Origin: an uncultured Thermococci archaeon
GTDB lineage: Archaea > CAYQAE01 > CAYVLA01
Assembly (NCBI GenBank): GCA_964549615.1
Contig: CAZJVP010000051.1
Span: forward strand, 64,001 to 128,000
DNA length: 64,000 nucleotides
Direction of reading: 5' to 3'
Under the pieces are notes generated by a model. The model made no database searches. It saw only the letters and a list, made by a program, of their open reading frames with translations, and was not told where the DNA came from. The translations under genes and the position numbers were made by a program. Of the stretch, positions 19,873 through 30,041 are shown piece by piece. The stretch's first letter is position 1; the number at the start of each line of letters is the position of its first letter.

Positions 19873-20718
19873 TTGAGAGGCCTACTTGGTGGTCTTCTGA
19901 GGCTCAGCAATCCTGGTGGCCTCAACCAACAGTGGAAGCATCCCGAAGAGTTGAGGGCCCCGGCCTTCCGGATGATCGGGAACGTCTACTACGTCGGCAA
20001 CCTCAACGTGAGCAGCCATGTCATCGTGGGCCAGGCCGGCCATGTGCTCATCGACACGGGTTTTTCGACTACCGTTCCGCTCCTGGTGCAAAGCATCAGG
20101 CACCTCGGTTTCAAAGAGCGGGATGTGAGGATGATCCTCATCACCCACGGCCACGTCGACCACGCCGGCGGGGCAAGGAGGATGGCCAGGATCACAGGAG
20201 CCCCCGTGGCGGTGCACAGGCGGGATGTCCGGACCGTCGAAACCGGGAGCGAGCTGACCTGCGCCCACTACATCTACGGCATCGAGGATTTCGAGACCTT
20301 CAAGGTTGACAGGGTTCTCGAGGGTGGGGAGACGCTGCATGTCGGGGACATCGTAATCAAGGTTCACCACACCCCTGGCCACACGCCCGGCGTCTGCAGC
20401 TACGAGATCCCCCTGCATCATGAGGGCAGGAAACTCACGGCCTTCATCTTCGGGGGCCCGGGCCAGTGGACCTTCAAGCAGGAGAACAGGAGCCAGGGCT
20501 ACGAGGGTGATGTTGAGGAATACTCAAGGTCCCTGGACCACTTGGAGCGGATCAAGGTCGACATACCCTTGGGGGCCCACCCCAACCAGACCCGTACCTT
20601 CCAGAAGTACGAGATCCTCAAGTCCAACCCCGCCGGACCGAACCCGTTCGTCGACCCTGACCACTGGCCTGCCTTCATAGGCAAGCTGCGGGCCAGCCTG
20701 GCTTCCTTGAGGGGCTAG
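19873..20718 (+). CDS. subclass B3-like metallo-beta-lactamase-fold hydrolase
   Basis: P.FRMIGNVYYVG, LIDTG, THGHVDHAGG, TPGHTPG and GAHP. Confidence 0.85.
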   Translation: MRGLLGGLLRLSNPGGLNQQWKHPEELRAPAFRMIGNVYYVGNLNVSSHVIVGQAGHVLIDTGFSTTVPLLVQSIRHLGFKERDVRMILITHGHVDHAGGARRMARITGAPVAVHRRDVRTVETGSELTCAHYIYGIEDFETFKVDRVLEGGETLHVGDIVIKVHHTPGHTPGVCSYEIPLHHEGRKLTAFIFGGPGQWTFKQENRSQGYEGDVEEYSRSLDHLERIKVDIPLGAHPNQTRTFQKYEILKSNPAGPNPFVDPDHWPAFIGKLRASLASLRG

Positions 20719-21065
20719 CGGCCGATCAGGCTGCAAGTTAGCGGCCATGTGTGGACGAGGCGAAACCGAGGACTTGCCGACGGTCGACCAACGCCTTGGT
20801 AGAGTGTCCTCGTTACCGAGAGACCGGAGCAAGAGCTAGGTGGATGCTGTTGGGTTGCCCTTGTTGATGGTCAGATACGGAGGCTTTTGATGGCAGTCAG
20901 GCATGCGGCCGTGTGTTGGGCGGTTTGTCTGATGGACCCTCGGCCGCCGGGAAATTGCCGGACGAGGGTTCGGAGACCTCACCTGACGAAATCTCTTTAT
21001 TGGGCGGGGAAGTCGGGACGCAAACGTTGTAGCGGTCTTTCACCTGGGAGCTGGCAGGAACTCCA

Positions 21066-23948
21066 ATGCGTCGCGTACTCGAATTCCCCCCGAAGTTTAG
21101 AATGTTGCGGCCAAGCGGAACGCTCATAATCACGAGCGATGAGGAAATGGAGAAGCTGGAGAAGGATCCCGGGATGAAGGTCCGGGCATTCGACTCCAGT
21201 TTCACTGACATCTGCCGCAACCTCCCCGGCAAGGGAGGCGCCCATGTCGATGTCGCGTACGACTTCTTCTTCGGGGGAAAAGAGCGGAAGTACTTCCCAA
21301 CCAGCGACCAATGCATCCAAACCTTCCGCGCGCTCCACGACATAGCAAAGCAGCACGGCCTGGGCTTCGGCGCCAGCGTAATGTCGCCCTTGGACCTGGG
21401 TCCTGCCTATTCGAGCCTTAAGGACCACTGCGGACAGACATGCCAGTTCCGGGAGGGAATGATAGACTCCGAGGGTCGATACGAAGTCAAGCTGCCCATC
21501 CAGCGTCGATGGTTCCACAACAAGGGCCCCGTCAACCTGACGGTGAACCACGTGGAGGCCTTCGCCTTCAGCGAGACACGGATCCGCGGCACGTCGTGCT
21601 GGCACGTGGATCCGGCCGAGATCCTGGACATCTCCTCCACCGCTAGGCTTGTGGTGGATGAGTCGACGCGGAAAACCAGCGGCTCGGGCTACAGCTTCGT
21701 TCAGGGCTGCATCGTGGGCAAGGCTGACGGATTGGGCAAACGAGACAGGGTCCTGGCTGTCATCGTCTACGATGTCGAAGAGATGGATTACTTCCACGCG
21801 GATGCATTGCCGTTCCTCAAGCAGGTGATTGAGGATCACGCCCGGGCAGGCATAAGCTACTCCAGCTTCTACTCTGACGAGATGCACATACAGTTCGACT
21901 GGGACCTCGGCGCCCACTTCGGCCCGACCGAGATCACCACGAGGTATCTAACCCCGGGGCTTGTCCGGGCCTACTGCAAGCGATATGGATCGGGGTACCG
22001 GGACTTCCACAAGTACTTGGTCTACTTCGCCTATGCGCAGCATTCCTGGGACGGCCCGGACTACTGGAGGCGGGGCGACCAGCACGTCCTGGGCCCGAGC
22101 CCCAATGGGATCTACCAGACCTGGAAGATGCGAAGGGACTACTTCCGTCTGCTGCAGGACCATGTCGTGGAGCTCTTTGTCCAGGCCAAGAGGTATGCCG
22201 AGAAGCTCTTCGGACATCGGATACTCACCCGGGCCCACGCGACCTGGCAGGAATCTCCCACCTGTGACCAGTTCGACCTTGGCGTCGGCTTCGGGGGCAA
22301 GTGTGGCACCGAGAAGATGGAGGTTCCCGTCTCGCGGTACGACTACACCCCTCGTTACGTCTGGTCCTCAAGCATCAGGGAGAGCCAGAGCGCCTGCTAT
22401 GACTACTTCCGCTGGGGAGACTACCTGACCGGCATGGGCACCGACCATCCGGAGGGCGGCTACATCGACCGCAACTACCACGGTGCGGCCCTGGCATGCT
22501 CTTTCGGGCACTACAACGAGCTTGACTACGGGTATTACGGCCACTGGGGCGCGCCCCGGGCGGTCTCCGATCGCGTGCACGACCTTGCCGCCGCGATGGG
22601 GCTCGGAGGAGGGGCAATGGCCCACGTCCAGGGCTGGCGACATCGCAGGTCGCCAGTCCTGTGTCTTTACCCCCTCGACCTCAACTACGTCGAGGAGCGG
22701 TTCGGCAGTTGGACGATACAGTACGGGTACGCGGACTACCTCACCGAGGAGAAGTTCGTCGAGCTTGTGCATGTCCTGCCCAACGGGCGCTTCCGCCTCA
22801 AGGACCTCACCTACGAGGCACTTGTCGTGCTCTTCGAGCCCCTGGTCCTTCGCAGGACCCTCGACGTCATCGAGAAGATCGTCAGGCAGGGAGGTACCGT
22901 TGTCTGGTGTAGCGTCCCCCCAGCCGTCTGCCTGGACGCCAGAGGCGATGTCAGGGCCCGGTTCCTCCGCATCTTTGGTCTGAGATCGGCCCGCAGGCCC
23001 CATCTGGGCATGAAGGCGAAGGACGCCATCGTGAGGTTCGAAGGTGCGCTCGGGGAGGTCCCAAGCCTCCGGATCCCGACCGACCTTCTTCCGGACCTCG
23101 TGTTTCCCGTGATTCCCCGCGGGTCGCAGCCCGTTGCCCGGGTGATGCTCGAAGGGAGGCGGAGGGTCGTCGGCGCGCTGCGCGTAACGCGGTCCGGGGG
23201 GAGAGCGCTCTACCTAGGCTTTCGCCCCAGGGACGACCAGTCTCGATCAACGCCAGACGCCCCAAGGACGCTTTTCCATATCCTTTCCAGTCTGGGGATC
23301 TACTCCGCCTGCGGCCCCGGAGCCGCGGAGTACGCCTCAAACACGAGCGACTACCTCGTCGCCGAGTCCCCAAACGGGGCGCTGTCCTTCGCCCGGCACT
23401 ACTGGAGCGTGGCCGAGAACTGGGCCGGCGGCTTCTTCAGGCCCAAGGATGAGTCATGCGATGAGTCTGCCCTGCCGCCGAGGCGGCTGGAACTAAGGGA
23501 CTTCAGGGTCGGGAAACGGGTCATAAACTACGCGGGCCTGTACAGGATGTCGTTCCTCGAGAAGGAGGGGAATCTGGAGGCCTTCTGCGGATTCGGCACC
23601 AAGGGCATCTCCATCGACGGTCCATCGGGTAGATCCTGGTTCGCATTCGCGGACGAACCGGTAGACCTTGCCTTCGCCCCCGTTCCCCGTGAGCGGCTGG
23701 CCAACGGCATCGAGAAGGCTTACTTCCTCCAGGCCAGGTCAGGGCAGCAAGCCGTCCGCCTGCCCATCCCTTTCGACCCTCGTCTTAGGCTATTGGTGGA
23801 CGAGAGGGAAGACGGATGCGGGTCCGAGGCCAGATCAAAGATAGCCCCTGCCGAGCAGGGGATGCTGGTAACGATCGTTCCTGAGGAGCAGGGGCGAAGC
23901 CTTTACCTCATCGTCGAGCATGCCGAGACGGAACCCTCGAGCCTCTGA
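21066..23948 (+). CDS. large hypothetical protein, glycoside-hydrolase-like
   Basis: 960-aa ORF with host-like codon use; FYSDEMH and a Y..LVV...GG.VVW segment resembling the trimerisation domain of GH42/GH106-like enzymes. Confidence 0.55.
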   Translation: MRRVLEFPPKFRMLRPSGTLIITSDEEMEKLEKDPGMKVRAFDSSFTDICRNLPGKGGAHVDVAYDFFFGGKERKYFPTSDQCIQTFRALHDIAKQHGLGFGASVMSPLDLGPAYSSLKDHCGQTCQFREGMIDSEGRYEVKLPIQRRWFHNKGPVNLTVNHVEAFAFSETRIRGTSCWHVDPAEILDISSTARLVVDESTRKTSGSGYSFVQGCIVGKADGLGKRDRVLAVIVYDVEEMDYFHADALPFLKQVIEDHARAGISYSSFYSDEMHIQFDWDLGAHFGPTEITTRYLTPGLVRAYCKRYGSGYRDFHKYLVYFAYAQHSWDGPDYWRRGDQHVLGPSPNGIYQTWKMRRDYFRLLQDHVVELFVQAKRYAEKLFGHRILTRAHATWQESPTCDQFDLGVGFGGKCGTEKMEVPVSRYDYTPRYVWSSSIRESQSACYDYFRWGDYLTGMGTDHPEGGYIDRNYHGAALACSFGHYNELDYGYYGHWGAPRAVSDRVHDLAAAMGLGGGAMAHVQGWRHRRSPVLCLYPLDLNYVEERFGSWTIQYGYADYLTEEKFVELVHVLPNGRFRLKDLTYEALVVLFEPLVLRRTLDVIEKIVRQGGTVVWCSVPPAVCLDARGDVRARFLRIFGLRSARRPHLGMKAKDAIVRFEGALGEVPSLRIPTDLLPDLVFPVIPRGSQPVARVMLEGRRRVVGALRVTRSGGRALYLGFRPRDDQSRSTPDAPRTLFHILSSLGIYSACGPGAAEYASNTSDYLVAESPNGALSFARHYWSVAENWAGGFFRPKDESCDESALPPRRLELRDFRVGKRVINYAGLYRMSFLEKEGNLEAFCGFGTKGISIDGPSGRSWFAFADEPVDLAFAPVPRERLANGIEKAYFLQARSGQQAVRLPIPFDPRLRLLVDEREDGCGSEARSKIAPAEQGMLVTIVPEEQGRSLYLIVEHAETEPSSL

Positions 23949-24106
23949 CGGTAGGCCGCGTCGCTTAAGCCCGGTCGCGGGTGCCGCCCTTTCAAAGCAT
24001 CGGAAAGGCTAGGCGGGCCCGGGACGCCGGAAAGCGCCTCCCTAGTCGTTGAGGTTCGATCCCGGTCCCTCCCTGCATCACGTCGGTCCATGGCTGCACT
24101 CTCTGT

Positions 24107-25108
24107 GTGAAGGCGCGCGCCATCCCTGCTTTGCGTACGAAACATCTATCACTGTCTGGCGGCAGGCCCGACGGGGGCAAACGAGTGGGCACCGAGGAAG
24201 GCGCGGTGGCTGCCCAAAGGGAGGAGATAGTCAGCCTTCTGAAGCGCTTCCAGAGGACCCCTCCTGGAAGCGAGGACCATATCGTTCTACACGAGGAAAT
24301 CCTGGAGAAGGCCAAGCGCCTAGGTAGAGAGGAGAAAAAGCAGCTCCAGTCGGAGCTCGAGAGAGTCCGGACCCAGATGGTCGTATCGCGTCCCACCTAC
24401 CTCCGCCCGGACTACTACAGACTGGTCACGATACTGCTCCACCGCCTGAGGCGACGGAGCTACGCCGACATAGAGCGGGAGATCGAGGACACACTGTCCG
24501 AGGTGGAGAAGGGCATCCGGGCCAACCACTTTCCCAGGTACCCGTCCTCCTATGTTAGGAGCATCAGGACGCTGCTCGTGGAGGCTGCGCGCTCCGAGGA
24601 GGCAGATCGCGCTCGCCTTTCCCGACTGGCGCGGAGATGCCATGAGGTGACGGAGGCGGTGTACTCCTACGAGTACGACAACGTCGAGGTGGAAGTCACC
24701 TCGACGAGGATCAAGGTATCGAGCCTGTTCACCCTTGGGGAGAGCCAGCGGAGCTACGTCCTGGAGTTCATATCGCCCGAGCTGGAGTACGGAGGAAGGA
24801 CATTTCTGAAACGGGAGGTCCTGGCCTATATGGCGAGGGTCGGCAGGCCTCTGTCCAGGGGCGAAATCGAGCGAGGAATAGACAGGAAGATCCCCTACTT
24901 CGGCCACATCATAGAGAGCCTGCTCAAGAAGTACATGGTGGTCCCCGTCCCGGGAGAGAACAGATATGAGCTGACCGGCACGGGGAGGAAGGTGGGTGAG
25001 GTCTACATCCACCTCCTTGAGCGGATGAGTGCCCGGCTCAAGCGCCCCGGCTCGGCCAAGCGCTTGGCCCGCGGCAGTTCCACGTCCATCCCACAGATCG
25101 CAGAGTGA
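24107..25108 (+). CDS. hypothetical protein with a probable C-terminal winged helix
   Basis: Helical charged N-terminal part; C-terminal EVLAYM...LSRGEIE...IIESLLKKYMV...YELTGTGRKV. The start is uncertain. Confidence 0.55.
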   Translation: MKARAIPALRTKHLSLSGGRPDGGKRVGTEEGAVAAQREEIVSLLKRFQRTPPGSEDHIVLHEEILEKAKRLGREEKKQLQSELERVRTQMVVSRPTYLRPDYYRLVTILLHRLRRRSYADIEREIEDTLSEVEKGIRANHFPRYPSSYVRSIRTLLVEAARSEEADRARLSRLARRCHEVTEAVYSYEYDNVEVEVTSTRIKVSSLFTLGESQRSYVLEFISPELEYGGRTFLKREVLAYMARVGRPLSRGEIERGIDRKIPYFGHIIESLLKKYMVVPVPGENRYELTGTGRKVGEVYIHLLERMSARLKRPGSAKRLARGSSTSIPQIAE

Positions 25109-25160
25109 ATCCTGTCTAGACGCTTCCACGAGCCGACCAGACGACCTCGGCGGCGCCGGT

Positions 25161-25898
25161 CTACCTGTAGAGCACCTGGCACTTGGGACAGAAGTAACTG
25201 ACCCTGTTCCTTTCTCCCGTGTTCTTGGTGATGACCCTGTCCCCAGAGGCCGGGCATCTCGGCTTTCGATAAATCCCGAAGATACCCCCGAAGCCCTTTC
25301 CCGCTTTCTCAACCTCGTATAGCCTTAGGGCGAATTCCCTGGTCCTCTGGGCGAGGTCCGAAAGCCCGTCGCGGGGAATGGCGGCCACGACGCTCATTGG
25401 ATGGATTCGGGCGTCGAAGAGGGCCTCGTTCTTGATCATGTTCCCCACGCCAGCGTAGATCTCCTGGTCCATGAGCACGTCGCATATCAGCTCGTCCGGC
25501 TTCTGGAGCGTCAGAGCAATGACCTTGTCCTTCTTCCAGCTCGGCCCGGTCACATCGATCTCGGGGTCGAAGGCCGGCCCAGTCAGCCCACCATCGATGA
25601 TCCGCACGGAGCAGTTGTAAAACCGCAATTTCCCGTCTTCAAGGTCAAGGCCCAGCCTCGGGGTCACCCCGGGCCTTTCCTCGTCGACGCGCCAGCTGCC
25701 GTACATCATGAAGTGAATCCTCACGTGGAAGTCGGGAAAGGCTATGATGAGCTGTTTTCCTCTGCTGAATATCTCCCGGATCACGAGGGAGTTCATCCGT
25801 GGGGCCTGGATCCTAGCACTGCCGAAGCTCTTGACGACCCTCTTGCCCTGGAATGCAGAAAGCCGCTCTGAGACGATTCTGACCATGGGTCCTTCCAC
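25161..25898 (-). CDS. nei: Fpg/Nei-family DNA glycosylase (endonuclease VIII-like)
   Basis: EGP start, RGKQL, IHFMMYGSW, H2TH LMDQEIYAGVGN.IKNEALF.ARIHP and C-terminal CP.CQ; GTG start chosen at 25898. Confidence 0.85.
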   Translation of the reverse strand: MEGPMVRIVSERLSAFQGKRVVKSFGSARIQAPRMNSLVIREIFSRGKQLIIAFPDFHVRIHFMMYGSWRVDEERPGVTPRLGLDLEDGKLRFYNCSVRIIDGGLTGPAFDPEIDVTGPSWKKDKVIALTLQKPDELICDVLMDQEIYAGVGNMIKNEALFDARIHPMSVVAAIPRDGLSDLAQRTREFALRLYEVEKAGKGFGGIFGIYRKPRCPASGDRVITKNTGERNRVSYFCPKCQVLYR

Positions 25899-26032
25899 GG
25901 CGGCTCTCTCGCCGCCAGGTTGAAATCTGCCCCCTCGCAGCCGGGGACACGCCAAGGCGGAGGCGGGTGCCATCCTGAAACAAGCACCCGCGGGATGAGG
26001 CAACGTATATACTGGTCCTCCGATGATCGGAC

Positions 26033-26464
26033 ATGGCAGGATGTCCATTCTGCGAGATAAGCTCTGGGGAGGCCCCGGCGAGCATCGTCTACCGGGACGC
26101 GAAGGTGATGGCCTTCATGGATCTGCGCCCGGCCAATCCGGGTCACGTCTTGGTCATCCCAAGGGAACACTGGGAAACCATACATGAGGTCCCCGATTCT
26201 ATCTTGGTCGACGTCTTCAGGATTGTGAAGCGCGTGGCTGGTGCGGTCAGGGAGGCAGTCAACGCCGAGGGCATCAACGTCATACAGAGCAACGGCAGAG
26301 CAGCGTACCAGATGGTGGACCATTTTCATGTGCACGTCATACCGAGATTCCAAGGGGACGCTATCTCCAAGACGGTCCAGGCTGTGCTGGCGCCACTGGA
26401 GTTTGAAACGGCGCAGAGGGAGGACCTGGACGAGGTGGCAGACCTCATCAGAAAGTCTCTCTGA
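26033..26464 (+). CDS. HIT family hydrolase, copy 1
   Basis: CPFC, P..PGHVLVIP and the histidine triad HFHVHVIPR. Confidence 0.93.
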   Translation: MAGCPFCEISSGEAPASIVYRDAKVMAFMDLRPANPGHVLVIPREHWETIHEVPDSILVDVFRIVKRVAGAVREAVNAEGINVIQSNGRAAYQMVDHFHVHVIPRFQGDAISKTVQAVLAPLEFETAQREDLDEVADLIRKSL

Positions 26465-26608
26465 GCGGCAACGTGGGTGAATCACATCGGCATTGCGGTC
26501 CCGGGGCCGCTCCCCCTAACCAAGGGTGGATGATCGTGCTCCATCGGAGACTACTGGACCACAACAGATTTCAGAGGAGGCGCCAGGAGGCAGTCTACTG
26601 GGGATGAG

Positions 26609-26834
26609 ATGGGGCTGCTGGGTAGAGAGGTTGGCCTGGCCTTGATCACCCAGTGCTTTTTTTCGGACTGTACGGCGTGGCATCCCCTTCCATACCGTTC
26701 GGCCTCCTCTGGATCGGGCTGATCGCAGGCTTCGTTTATGCAGCGGTTCAGGGCCGCAGGAAGAGGTTCACCTTCCTGACCCGGGCCACATCCTCTCCCA
26801 TCTCCCTTGTTCTTACCGGCTACTTCATTTCTGC
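26609..26834 (+). pseudogene. frameshifted, 3'-truncated copy of the membrane protein at 32119-32517
   Basis: Aligns codon by codon with 32119-32346; frameshift near 26652, and similarity stops after GYFISA. Confidence 0.8.
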
Positions 26835-27251
26835 CCCAAACCCAAACTGCAGCCGTGTGGTCTTTCCTCGGCGTGCAGAACAACACCGCTATCGCCGGTA
26901 AAGAATGCCAAAGGGGATGGGACAGTTCGCCACAAAAACTCTGGCAAGAATCGCCCCCCATAATGACGATATCAGGGCAGCAGCAGCGATCTTCATCCTG
27001 ACGCAGCCAATGAACCATGGCACTCGGGGAGCTGCGGTTCGCAGCCATTGCAAATTTATGGGTTTCGCCTAGACGCGCAGCCTGCCTGCAGGAAGTCGTC
27101 AATCGCCATCACCGCCTAGGTGATTGCCTGCAATCGCATTCCAGAGGTGGCTCATCCCACTCTCACGAAGGGCAAGTTGTTCGAAGCTTGGGTTTCCATC
27201 CGCAAGGCGGCTTGATGGTCTTGCAGGGGGGAGCCGGTCTCAACCAGCACC

Positions 27252-27893
27252 TCAACTATGAGGAACCTGTTCAGCGACGGATAGAGCGAGGGCCTCCACC
27301 TGCTCCATGCTCATCTCAGTACTCGCCACGATCTGGTATAGCAGGTCTCCGGCTTGGAAGGTGGCTTGCTTATTCATGTTGCTGTGGGAGAGCATGACCT
27401 CGTGCCCCGCCATCGACTTTACTTCTGCGTAGGGGATCTCGTTTTGCTCGGCCCTAGCCACGATGTCTGCGACGCCTGGGCCGGTGTATGGCCGGGACAC
27501 CAGAAGGAAGAAGCCCCCGCTGTCGCACACTTGCCATATCTCGCCATCCTCATCCAGTTTGCCGGGGCAGTATATGAGGACCACATGTCGCCCCAACTCG
27601 CCAATGCTGACCCGGACGTCCGCCAAGCGGAGGCTCCCTGGGATGCTACGCGGGACGGGGATCGGAAACCCCATCTTGGTTACGGCGTCTTTGAGGCTTA
27701 CGCTCTGTCCCCACAACACCTTGATCGGTGCATACGGCTGCTGGATGCCGAGAGGCCCAGCCGAAGTCGCCCTCTGGCCATCTGCCCTCTTCTCGTTGAG
27801 GAAGTAGGCGGTGAGGCCCACCAAGGTTCCCATCAGGGCTCCGGCTGCAACAACCAAGGCCAAAGCCCTCCAGCCAACCACCCCTTCAAGCAT
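27252..27893 (-). CDS. membrane-anchored hypothetical protein (DUF4367-like)
   Basis: N-terminal TM helix; SL.DA...MGFPIPVP..IP.SL.L and LYQI.A...S.EQ...LALSV patterns. Confidence 0.5.
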   Translation of the reverse strand: MLEGVVGWRALALVVAAGALMGTLVGLTAYFLNEKRADGQRATSAGPLGIQQPYAPIKVLWGQSVSLKDAVTKMGFPIPVPRSIPGSLRLADVRVSIGELGRHVVLIYCPGKLDEDGEIWQVCDSGGFFLLVSRPYTGPGVADIVARAEQNEIPYAEVKSMAGHEVMLSHSNMNKQATFQAGDLLYQIVASTEMSMEQVEALALSVAEQVPHS

Positions 27894-27934
27894 CCTTGCA
27901 GTCTTTCCATACACCGTAGTGCATCCCTCCAGGG

Positions 27935-28605
27935 TCAGGGTCCGTGGCAATAGAACTCGTGGCTCGGACCTGAGGCGGGAACTCTTTGTAGTTGGCAAGG
28001 CGGGTCCGCGTGGTCCCAGTTCGTCGAGAAATACCAATGGTTCAGCCCCGCCCCTGCATACTTAAGATTCCACCAGTGGTACTCCATCTGGTTCTGGTTG
28101 TCGTGTGATTCGCACTGGGCAGAGGGGACCCCGTTCCTCAACGGAAAGTTGTATCTCGTGTTGTACACGTTTCCGTCGATGGGCGCATACCACGGCCCAT
28201 TGGGGTAATACCCCCTCGTTGTGTAGATCTTGAACTCATGATTGGTGCCGACGGGGTCATCGTTGCACCTATGGAATCCATACACCCCATTTTCGGTCCA
28301 GTCAAAGTAATAGTGCACCTGGGGGTAGAAGGCTTCCCTATAGGGGATCTTCCCCTGATGTTGCCCGATCTGATACCAGTCCCCGTTGGCCATGGTGATC
28401 GTCACGAAGGAGGCGACACCGCTCCAATCTGGTTCATAGACGATGTTGTTTTGAGCAATCACTTGGTATCCCTCGACTCCGTAGCTCTGGTCGCATGCTT
28501 CTCCAAGGCAAACCCACCAGCCTCCTTTCACGGCGAGCACGGTTACGATGGACGCAAAGCAAATGCTGCCGCCGAAGCCGCAAAGAGCTGAAACAACCTC
28601 GTCAC
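27935..28605 (-). pseudogene. secreted beta-rich protein (neprosin/glutamic-peptidase-like), frameshifted in the signal peptide
   Basis: GTG at 28605 gives MTRLFQLFAASAAAFA; a 1-nt shift near 28556 continues into ASIVTVLAVKGGWW and the 201-aa ORF (WYQIG, WYAPIDG, AQCES). Confidence 0.45.
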
Positions 28606-28645
28606 ATATCCCACCCGCCAGAAGTTTCCCTCCCTCTCCTTATGA

Positions 28646-29560
28646 ATGTTCCGGCCGGTGGAGAAAGAAGAAGTAGAAAAGGTGCTCATGTGCAGGGACT
28701 ATGCCCAGGGACACACAACCTACGACTGTCCCAAGTGTGGCCGCATCACTATCGTACCCTTCACGTGTAAGAGCCGCCTATCCTCGGCCTGTGGGAAGAA
28801 ACACACCGACAGATGGGCAGACAAGGTCAGCGCCGAGCTTCTGGAGGTAGCCCATCGGCACATGGTCTTCACCACACCAGACAAGCTCTGGCCCCACCTG
28901 GAACAACACCGATGGCTACTCAAGGACGTCATGGACACGGTCAAAACAGCGCTGGAGGAGGTGGTAAACCACAGGTGGAAAGCCCTCCAGATAGTCCCAG
29001 GGATAATCAAGTCCTCCACACCTATGGCAGGGAATTCAAGTTCAACCCCCACATCCAGGCCATAGTGACGGACGGGGACTCAGAGAAAGGGACTAGTACG
29101 GCGGGGAGAGGCGGATGGATGTCAACTTCTTTCCCTACGAGAAGCTGAGAAAGGTGTGGCAGCACCAGCTGGTCACAGGGATCAGGGAGAAACTCCCCCA
29201 CGACAAGGAGCTGCACAGCCTCCTGGACCAGCTCTACAGGGAGAAGGAGAACGGATTCTACGTCTACGCCAAGAGAAGGATCGAAGGCAAGGAGAAGGAG
29301 TTCATCTGCAGATACGTCGCAAGGTACGTCCGCCACCCAGCCATAGCTGAAACCCGAATAAACAGCTACAACCCGCACACCAGGATGGTCGAGTTCTGGT
29401 ACAGACACGACGACGACACGGAAACAGTGAGCATGCACGTCTACGAGCTCATAGGCAAGCTCATAGGACACATACCACCTAGACAGTTCAAGACGATAAG
29501 GTACTACGGCCTGTACGCCAGGAACAAGAAGAGAAAGATCCAAGATGTGCTGATTGTAGC
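28646..29560 (+). mobile_element. IS91-family (HUH/Y2 rolling-circle) transposase remnant, frameshifted and truncated
   Basis: CPKC...PFTCKSR..S.CG Zn domain, HMVFT.P, HTYG..FKFNPHIQ.IVTDG, YVARYV.HPAI and HIP...FK.IRYYGLY, spread over three frames (shifts near 29005 and 29080). Confidence 0.85.
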
Positions 29561-29656
29561 TCACATTCTCATGAATGTTTCGCTACGAGTAGCGCCACGA
29601 GCGACGGGCGAGAAAAGTATAAATGGGGCCCTGTCTAAAGGCAAGACGGAGGGAGA

Positions 29657-29995
29657 ATGATGCAGCGCAGAATCTGGGCCTTCTTAGGCATCGGCATCCT
29701 AGCCTTCAGCCTCTCGTGTACCGTGTGGCTTCTCTGGTCGCGGAACCTCATTCTGCCAGAAGCTAGGGTCGAACTGATAAGGTGGGGCGATGGGGTCCGG
29801 GTGATTTGGACAGCGGAAGAACCGGGGACCGTCCTGTGGGTTAAGGGAACTGGGAACTATCCGAGACATCATCCCCCCAGCACATCGGGAGAGTCCTACG
29901 ATTTTCCCGGCCCCGCCCTCATACCGGACAGATTCATAGTCTGCACCCGCATAGGGAACAGCGTGAGATACGAGATCCACAGCCTGCATGAGTGA
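29657..29995 (+). CDS. small membrane-anchored hypothetical protein
   Basis: GGAGGGAG upstream, N-terminal hydrophobic helix, 112 aa. Confidence 0.55.
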   Translation: MMQRRIWAFLGIGILAFSLSCTVWLLWSRNLILPEARVELIRWGDGVRVIWTAEEPGTVLWVKGTGNYPRHHPPSTSGESYDFPGPALIPDRFIVCTRIGNSVRYEIHSLHE

Positions 29996-30000
29996 GGAAG

Positions 30001-30019
30001 AAGGAAAAAAAGAAAAAAG
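30001..30019 (-). terminator. oligo-T archaeal terminator after 30042-30707
   Basis: The plus strand reads GGAAAAAAAGAAAAAAG, giving T-tracts on the minus strand about 25 nt after the stop. Confidence 0.6.
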
Positions 30020-30041
30020 GAGGTTCACGTTATCCGTTGGC

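Noticed and set aside
23960-24080. tRNA-like bits (TTCA and GGTTCGATCCC) suggesting tRNA-Sec
   Set aside because: No paired T-stem, anticodon stem or acceptor stem could be built.
26835-26996. Minus-strand hydrophobic fragment (MKIAAAALISSLWGAIL...IPFGIL)
   Set aside because: Possibly a membrane-gene remnant, but too short and broken to assign.
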